Virus record (IMG/VR): IMGVR_UViG_3300002098_000055
Coordinates: 1-47,566 of that record
Origin: a virus
Direction: 5' to 3' (one strand)
DNA: 47,566 bases
Shown: piece after piece, positions 42,038 to 47,566 of the stretch
Layout of the letters: every line of letters begins with the position of its first letter
Position numbering within the stretch: position 1 is the first letter of the stretch
Made by a program: the position numbers and the translations under genes
The notes under the pieces: generated by a model
What the model was told of the DNA's origin: nothing
The model's database searches: none
What the model saw: the letters and a program-made list of their open reading frames with translations, nothing else

Positions 42038-42931
42038 TTAGTCTTCATCTGTGTCAAAAACTATAATTGGTCTAAGTGTACATTTACAGTTCACTGGCTC
42101 GCCTGGCAAACCTCGGTCGTTTTCGGGAACACCTAATGCTGCTTGTTCTTCTTTGACGTTCTCAAAACTAAACGTTTTTCCGCTTATTTCAATGTGCGAT
42201 TCTCGGGGATGCATACCACCGCCCGAATGATCCCAAATAAACTCTTTTATTCCGTTGTTTAAAAGCTTCTGTCGGTTTATAGCGTTGTACGCTTTACGTG
42301 TTTGGTCGAGCGCGATAAGCTTAGCTCGTCTGTAAGTCATGCCGTCATATTTCTGTAAGTCGGGTACTAAATCCGCCAAGCCTTCCCCCGTGGTTATCGA
42401 GCGCATTACCGAGCCTGTAACGTCTTTTAAATACTGTTCGGGTATAGACTTAATCAGCGATACGTTTTCAGCCACCAAAGCCGTTGCAACTTCTTCTTGC
42501 CCCGCTGACACAACACTGGTTTTAAGCGTTAGCCCGCCAGACAATAGTTTTAAAGATTCCTGAACGTTTGTCGTACTTGTTCTAGTCGCGCCTTCAACCA
42601 TTGTTTTAGCGAGCGTAGCCGCCTTGAGATTGAACAAACCTTCAAACGTGCGGCCCAGAACATCAAGCAAAATTCGAGCTTGAGACGCGAGAGAACTATC
42701 CATCGCTGTAAGTTTCTCTTGAGCCTTAAAAAAGTCATTCGATATCTCGCCTTTGAACAGTTTCGTCAATTGTTTTTTAGTTTCGCGTGTCATCTGTCGC
42801 ACTAGTTTTTCGAGCGCGGCTACATACCGCTCTTGTTGTGCGGCATTATACGCAAGTCGGGAGCCTTTTAAAACAGTGTTTCTATTTTTAACCCACTTAG
42901 CGCGTTTTTTAGTTAGCTTAGGACTAGGCAC
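42038..42931 (-). CDS. Head morphogenesis protein (Mu F / SPP1 gp7 family-like)
   Basis: It follows the portal. The C-terminal motif is GEPVNCKCTLRP. Confidence 0.7.
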   Translation of the reverse strand: MPSPKLTKKRAKWVKNRNTVLKGSRLAYNAAQQERYVAALEKLVRQMTRETKKQLTKLFKGEISNDFFKAQEKLTAMDSSLASQARILLDVLGRTFEGLFNLKAATLAKTMVEGATRTSTTNVQESLKLLSGGLTLKTSVVSAGQEEVATALVAENVSLIKSIPEQYLKDVTGSVMRSITTGEGLADLVPDLQKYDGMTYRRAKLIALDQTRKAYNAINRQKLLNNGIKEFIWDHSGGGMHPRESHIEISGKTFSFENVKEEQAALGVPENDRGLPGEPVNCKCTLRPIIVFDTDED

Positions 42932-42934
42932 AGG

Positions 42935-44461
42935 TTAGGCCCCACTGAGCGGGCTATCGGCAAACGGATCTTCCTCGTCCGGTGCCTCATCTTCTAAATT
43001 TATATACCCGCTGTTTGGGTCGTTTCTTAATCTGTCGCGTTCGTCTTGGCCATCAATCGCGCCTGAGTTAACTAACACCATACCTGCTTCAGCTTTCATC
43101 TTATTAAGCTCTGCCTGTTCCTTCGTGGTCATTGCGTCTAATTCGTTCCAATTGATAATCGTCTCGAACGGTGCAATTCCAAACTCTGGCGCAATCTCTG
43201 AACGTATCATTAACATATGATGCCGTTCAATCAGCGGGGTTAGGTCGTGTGACTGTATAGACTCAAGTTCCTCGTGATAGTTCGCCTCTTCAAATTCTCC
43301 CGTACTATTAAACCCTTTTGGGGGTGTGCCTAATAGCTTAGTCGCTGGGACATTCGACGCGGCGGCCACAAGCTGATATTGCGTCATAATCACAGTATCT
43401 AAATCCGTGAGGCTTGTGTCGAACTGCTGCATTTCGTCTTCTAAGTCGATTGTCTTAACGCCCCAATTGTCCCGGCGTTGTGTAAATTCGGTAAACCGTT
43501 GTACAACCTTCCACGGGTTCATAGCGGCTTTTGCTAAATCCATTTTCACAACATCTAGGCGTTTAGACATTGCTAGCATTGGAGCCTCATCCGCTGTTTT
43601 TTCCGCTGCATAAACCCGCTGCGCTATCTTCTGAGGTATCGGAATACCGCCAAAAATATACGTGGGCTTTAACAAGTCGCTAACTTCTTCGGTGCGAAAA
43701 ACCACAAGGTGTGTTCTGTGGACTTTCTTGCCGTTGATAATCCACCAAGTCGGCTCATAGAAATTAATGCTCGCGGGGTTGCCCGCTGCTTCGTTGTCTA
43801 ATTGGGGCGTAATCCAGTACGGGTCTATTTGCGAGATGCCACGATAACTTCCTTCTGTTACAGCGTCCGGGTTAAAGGGGTTTTCGTAATATTCGTCCTG
43901 TAGTATGTCGTTTTCCATGCGCACGTTAAACATAGCGACACGGATACCGAATACCCTACCCATTTGCACCAATTCAATTAGGTTTTTATTAAGATTGTAT
44001 TTAGCATCGCCTTTTTTAATCGCGTCCACGACCTTGGGGTCGACGTCTACATCTTCACTTACCGATATCTCAAAGCCGTTGCGCGTTGCATCTTTAGCTG
44101 GCATTAAACAAGCTTTAGATATCAGCCAGTTTTGAGCAAGCATGGCGCACAGTTGATATCCTATAAACGTTTGTTGTGAGTACCAGAGCACTTGAGTTGT
44201 TGGTAATATCGAATTGCCGCCCCACTGTGCTTTTATATTGAGCTGGTTATCCATGGCGAACGTAGGTTTCTCTGCGCTATCGGTTGCTATAGACGAATGT
44301 ACAGAATTCTTAAAATTCGCTTCCCAGAACCGTTCGAGCTGTTCGTGTTCGGACGTGTCGTCCATTGCGTAAGGTTCAAACGTGCGTGGGCGCTCGGGTT
44401 TCTCTGCCGCCACGGGGATGCTTTCAGGCTTTTTAAAATAACTTACAATCCGTTTAATCAT
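42935..44461 (-). CDS. Portal protein (508 aa from the ATGA-coupled start; ORF-track start 44512)
   Basis: It lies between TerL and the Mu-F-like gene. ATG at 44461 overlaps the TerL TGA. Confidence 0.75.
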   Translation of the reverse strand: MIKRIVSYFKKPESIPVAAEKPERPRTFEPYAMDDTSEHEQLERFWEANFKNSVHSSIATDSAEKPTFAMDNQLNIKAQWGGNSILPTTQVLWYSQQTFIGYQLCAMLAQNWLISKACLMPAKDATRNGFEISVSEDVDVDPKVVDAIKKGDAKYNLNKNLIELVQMGRVFGIRVAMFNVRMENDILQDEYYENPFNPDAVTEGSYRGISQIDPYWITPQLDNEAAGNPASINFYEPTWWIINGKKVHRTHLVVFRTEEVSDLLKPTYIFGGIPIPQKIAQRVYAAEKTADEAPMLAMSKRLDVVKMDLAKAAMNPWKVVQRFTEFTQRRDNWGVKTIDLEDEMQQFDTSLTDLDTVIMTQYQLVAAASNVPATKLLGTPPKGFNSTGEFEEANYHEELESIQSHDLTPLIERHHMLMIRSEIAPEFGIAPFETIINWNELDAMTTKEQAELNKMKAEAGMVLVNSGAIDGQDERDRLRNDPNSGYINLEDEAPDEEDPFADSPLSGA

Positions 44462-46065
44462 ATAAAAGCACTCCTGCGCGCTGGGGGTGTGGGGGCAAAG
44501 GCTATCATGCAACTGTCGGCCCGGTTGGGGGACAGTGCACCGTCTGCTAGTTTATCGATTATAATTTTACCAGAATCGTTTTGTCGATACGTTGGCTGTG
44601 ATAACTCAGAGATTAACGCGGATAGACCATCGATGCTACTAGACACAGATATTAATTCATCTGGGTTACATTCGATGCCTTGCGTTACCCAACGGTACGT
44701 TTTCTGAAACCGTGTTCTTAATGCCCACCACGCTTGCGCTTTAAAGTTACCAAAAAAATCTTCGTTAGTCGGGCCGCGCTCACGGTTGCGCCCGTCTTCG
44801 CTGGTGCTAAACGGGTAGTTTTCTTTGTCTAAGACCTCGCCGGAACCACGGAACGGATTGAATACGATCTCGTGTTCGCGCTCTCTATTAATCGCTTTAG
44901 CGTCCCCGCGCACGCCCGCGCCCATGCCGTCGGCGTCATAATAAACCTCATCGTAGCCCAGCACATCGCACAGCGTTACGGCTTTCTGAACCGTTTCGTA
45001 AATATCGGAACCTTTGCCGCTCCATATCTCTAAGTACTCAAGTAAAATACCGTAGCGCCCGCAATACGCGTTTTTATCTTTACCTTCGTCCGCTATATCA
45101 AGCCCGGCTTTTCGTATGCCAGTAACGGCTATTCCTAGTTTAATATGTGCATCAATTGCGGCTTGTACCCACGCTGACGGAATCACAATACCCTCAACTG
45201 ACGCGCTATAGTCGAGGTCAACTTCCTGCGCTATGACTACCGGATTATCAATATCTTTACACGTTTTATCATACCACGCTTGGTCTTTGCGGGGGTCTTC
45301 GCGCCAGTGGAACGAAAACACGCTAATAGAACCGCCGAATCGTTTACGGGCAAACGGGTTATTCATTCCGTGGGGCGTTGATACATCTATTCTGCAATTT
45401 GTGGTTTGAGACAGTGAGGCGTCGATTAAATCGGGGCGGGGCATGAACGCGCTCTCGTCCACGAAATATACAGATGTTCTCGCCCCACGCCCGATGCCGT
45501 CTCCGGATTCCCCCGCGATAACGCTCCCCGTGTGTGGGAATTCTATACGCATGTAGGGCGAGTGTTTTCGCTCATCATAGCCGGGTCTGAATTCTTCGGG
45601 TAGGTGCGCTATAAATTGCCGCGCTTTATAAAGTAATGATTTTGGGTCGCCTTTTTTATCAACGTATTCCTCTTTCCTCGAGCCGAATCCGGCTACAAAA
45701 CCCTCGTTAAATAGGCACATAGTACAAGCCACCGATACGGTGAGCCAGCTCATGCCCATTTCGCGTGATTTGTCGGTTATCCCCGGTTCTTTGTTTTTCC
45801 AGCGTTCGAGGAACCACGACACCCATTCTTCTTGTTTAGGAAATAGTAGGAACGGCATAAGCGTTGGTAGCCCGACTTCAACATTTCGGGGGTCAAACGT
45901 CACTCCCCAATCTATAATAAACTGTGCGGGATTTTCTTTGTAATACGATTTTAAACCGGCAAGAGATTTAGGCTTTTTGCGCAGACGTGCAAGATTATCA
46001 AGGCGGTAATTAAAAACGGCGTTGTAATCGGGATTCTTAAAATCAAACGGAAACGGTAACGGCAT
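44458..46065 (-). CDS. terL: Terminase large subunit
   Basis: ATPase motifs are [10 protein letters not shown] and VYFVDESAF. The nuclease motif is [13 protein letters not shown]. Confidence 0.85.
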   Translation of the reverse strand: MPLPFPFDFKNPDYNAVFNYRLDNLARLRKKPKSLAGLKSYYKENPAQFIIDWGVTFDPRNVEVGLPTLMPFLLFPKQEEWVSWFLERWKNKEPGITDKSREMGMSWLTVSVACTMCLFNEGFVAGFGSRKEEYVDKKGDPKSLLYKARQFIAHLPEEFRPGYDERKHSPYMRIEFPHTGSVIAGESGDGIGRGARTSVYFVDESAFMPRPDLIDASLSQTTNCRIDVSTPHGMNNPFARKRFGGSISVFSFHWREDPRKDQAWYDKTCKDIDNPVVIAQEVDLDYSASVEGIVIPSAWVQAAIDAHIKLGIAVTGIRKAGLDIADEGKDKNAYCGRYGILLEYLEIWSGKGSDIYETVQKAVTLCDVLGYDEVYYDADGMGAGVRGDAKAINREREHEIVFNPFRGSGEVLDKENYPFSTSEDGRNRERGPTNEDFFGNFKAQAWWALRTRFQKTYRWVTQGIECNPDELISVSSSIDGLSALISELSQPTYRQNDSGKIIIDKLADGALSPNRADSCMIAFAPTPPARRSAFI

Positions 46066-46294
46066 TGGTTACCTTCTGATCTAAAACTGCTACAACACGA
46101 TTAAGACGTTCAATCTCTTTTTGAAGCGGTAGCTTGCAATGCTTATCTATAATTCCGCGAAGCTCGCATACCGCATCATCTTTATTTAAGTGTACTTTGC
46201 TATCATCTGTGTGCGCTTCTAAAACAGATACCACCGTATTTTCATCGGTATCAATCTCAGTCACAGAACAGTGATACACAAAGTACTGGCTCAT
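46043..46294 (-). CDS. Hypothetical protein (83 aa)
   Basis: ORF upstream of TerL. Confidence 0.55.
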   Translation of the reverse strand: MSQYFVYHCSVTEIDTDENTVVSVLEAHTDDSKVHLNKDDAVCELRGIIDKHCKLPLQKEIERLNRVVAVLDQKVTNAVTVSV

Positions 46295-46527
46295 TATTCG
46301 TGCTCTACAGGTGCGGGGGCTACCGCATCGACGACTTGCTCTGCTACTTCTAAAGCTTGAGCTACTTCAGATTCCGGGGCTACGGCTTCAGCAACTGAAC
46401 TACTGAGGTGCAACAAGTTTTTAAGCTCATTTAACGCGCCAAGCAAGCCGTTATGGTTTGCCAAACTGTTTGCTACTGCTGCTTCGTATTCTTTAATTCG
46501 CGCTTCTATTGATGCGACTATAGACAT
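46294..46527 (-). CDS. Hypothetical coiled-coil/acidic protein (77 aa)
   Basis: First ORF after the candidate promoter. A GGGGA RBS precedes it. Confidence 0.55.
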   Translation of the reverse strand: MSIVASIEARIKEYEAAVANSLANHNGLLGALNELKNLLHLSSSVAEAVAPESEVAQALEVAEQVVDAVAPAPVEHE

Positions 46528-46558
46528 TTTTTAATCCCCATTGTTATAAAATCCTATG

Positions 46559-46587
46559 ATATTAACTTACCGTGTGACTGTCTGCAA
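46559..46587 (-). promoter_or_regulatory. Candidate promoter TTGCAG-17 nt-TAATAT for the packaging/head operon
   Basis: Minus-strand motif in the 73-nt gap between the fibre stop (46601) and the ATG at 46527. Confidence 0.45.
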
Positions 46588-46600
46588 CCGGCATTGCTTG

Positions 46601-47566
46601 TTAACGTATTCTGCGGGCGTAGATAGTTCCAAATCCACCTAGGGTTGAGATAGTAAACTCAGCTCTTGCAATCAAATAAACGGTAGTTGTCCCTGACAAA
46701 CTGTACCTTAATCTAGGGACTGTAAACATTGTATTTTGCACATTCGTCACAATTCCAGTGGTTGCATACGCAAGTTCCGAGTTATCCGCTGTGTTTGTTT
46801 GCAAAGTAGCTGAAGTGGAATTATTACAACCTTGTAAAATTGTAATATTAGTGGTTGCTGCTGGTATAAACCCAACCGACCCCCACACCTCCCAATCTCC
46901 GGCTGTAAGTGAGATAGAGGTAATGTTTGCCAAAGTTCCGTTTGTCAGTGAAACTGGGGTGTTATTGTTTACAACACTACTCACAAACTCCCCAACACTA
47001 CCCGCAGCCGCGTTATTGTTTGTCGTTGTGCCGATGATGCCTGATGTGGATGAGAAGGCTATGCTTGGTACGCTGTTGATTGCGGTGCCTGTAATAAGCA
47101 CGGTCCCGCTAGCCGCAGGCAAACTGTAAATCCAAGGACCTGCGCTATTTGGAAAGCTAAACACAGCAGTATTTGCATAAGCCGCACCAGATGCCATGTA
47201 CAATTGGTTGCTAGTTCCAGTGGTTTGGAAAATAACCGGGGAATTACCTTTTGATATGCCTGAGAATGAAATGTTTGTATCGGACCCAGCAGGGATAATA
47301 AACGGATTGTTGCCCGCTGATTGATTGATGATTCTCATGTAATTTACAGCGGAAGCTGTAGACGAAAAGCTTAGCGATGGATTGCCGTTTGCGTCGTTAA
47401 TGCCTGTCGTAACAATAGGATTAGCAAACGTAGCAACCTGAGAACTATTAATTGTCAAAGCTATAGTTTCCACACCAGAAGCATTGGCTGTTCTAAGGCT
47501 TGCAAAACCTGGGACAATGCCAGCAGATACCGTGCCATCAACACCGAAAAGTAACCGGCCAGCAAC
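46601..47566 (-). CDS. C-terminal part of the junction-spanning tail fibre gene (see 1..1607)
   Basis: The minus-strand frame is open from 47566 to the stop at 46601. The ORF-track start at 47473 is an internal GTG. It contains a variant fibre motif, YSLPAASGTVLITG. Confidence 0.85.
   Translation of the reverse strand, partial: VAGRLLFGVDGTVSAGIVPGFASLRTANASGVETIALTINSSQVATFANPIVTTGINDANGNPSLSFSSTASAVNYMRIINQSAGNNPFIIPAGSDTNISFSGISKGNSPVIFQTTGTSNQLYMASGAAYANTAVFSFPNSAGPWIYSLPAASGTVLITGTAINSVPSIAFSSTSGIIGTTTNNNAAAGSVGEFVSSVVNNNTPVSLTNGTLANITSISLTAGDWEVWGSVGFIPAATTNITILQGCNNSTSATLQTNTADNSELAYATTGIVTNVQNTMFTVPRLRYSLSGTTTVYLIARAEFTISTLGGFGTIYARRIR
47466..47566. repeat. Right copy of 101-bp terminal overlap (identical to 1..101)
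   Basis: Same comparison as for 1-101. Confidence 0.95.

Noticed and set aside
46601-47473. Stand-alone 290-aa ORF starting at 47473
   Set aside because: Its start is an internal GTG. The frame stays open upstream to the window edge and is in phase with the ORF beginning at 1607 across the junction.
1-47566. CRISPR arrays, integrase/excisionase, CI-type lysogeny module, rRNA
   Set aside because: I found no regularly spaced direct repeats, no tyrosine or serine recombinase motifs, and no rRNA-like sequence on either strand.

Overview
The window is a complete tailed dsDNA phage genome assembled as a circle. Positions 1-101 are identical to 47466-47566, so the unique length is 47465 bp, and a tail-fibre gene runs across the junction. 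I saw no rRNA, tRNA, CRISPR array, integrase or reverse transcriptase, so it looks like a virulent or non-integrating contractile-tailed phage. About 79% of the genome is read on the minus strand. From 14207 down, the minus strand carries SF2 helicase, VRR-NUC nuclease, a minimal TetR-like HTH protein, an AEP prim-pol/VirE-D5 primase-helicase, an iteron-rich non-coding region, a ParB-N/DNA methyltransferase fusion and a TerS-like HTH protein. A six-gene tail-fibre array follows (7096 down to 1, continuing at 47465 down to 46601). After that come TerL, portal, Mu-F-like head protein, scaffold/protease-like protein, decoration-like protein, major capsid, head-tail joining genes, sheath, tube, chaperone, tape measure, baseplate, collar fibre, GH108 endolysin and two small membrane proteins ending at 24117. 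The plus-strand arm (14286-24120) carries a DUF2800-like exonuclease, a DUF2815-like SSB, family A DNA polymerase and about 25 small early ORFs. It is driven by five copies of a sigma70-like promoter whose -35 box lies inside a 16-bp palindrome, TTGAC-N6-GTCAA. The most unusual features follow. (1) A ~57-aa module is inserted in six copies into four different virion proteins: decoration, sheath, baseplate J and collar fibre. (2) An ~9-kb array of six modular receptor-binding-type fibre genes sits between the TerS-like gene and TerL. (3) The repeated promoter-operator cassette may be read by a ligand-domain-less TetR-like protein. (4) A GTTACA(C/T) iteron cluster lies next to the primase-helicase and is a candidate origin. 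(5) Tiny Cys-rich hydrophobic peptides are translationally coupled inside the early operons. (6) The tail chaperone has a canonical T_TTT_TTA -1 frameshift site. All functional calls rest on motif recognition by eye; no database search was run.
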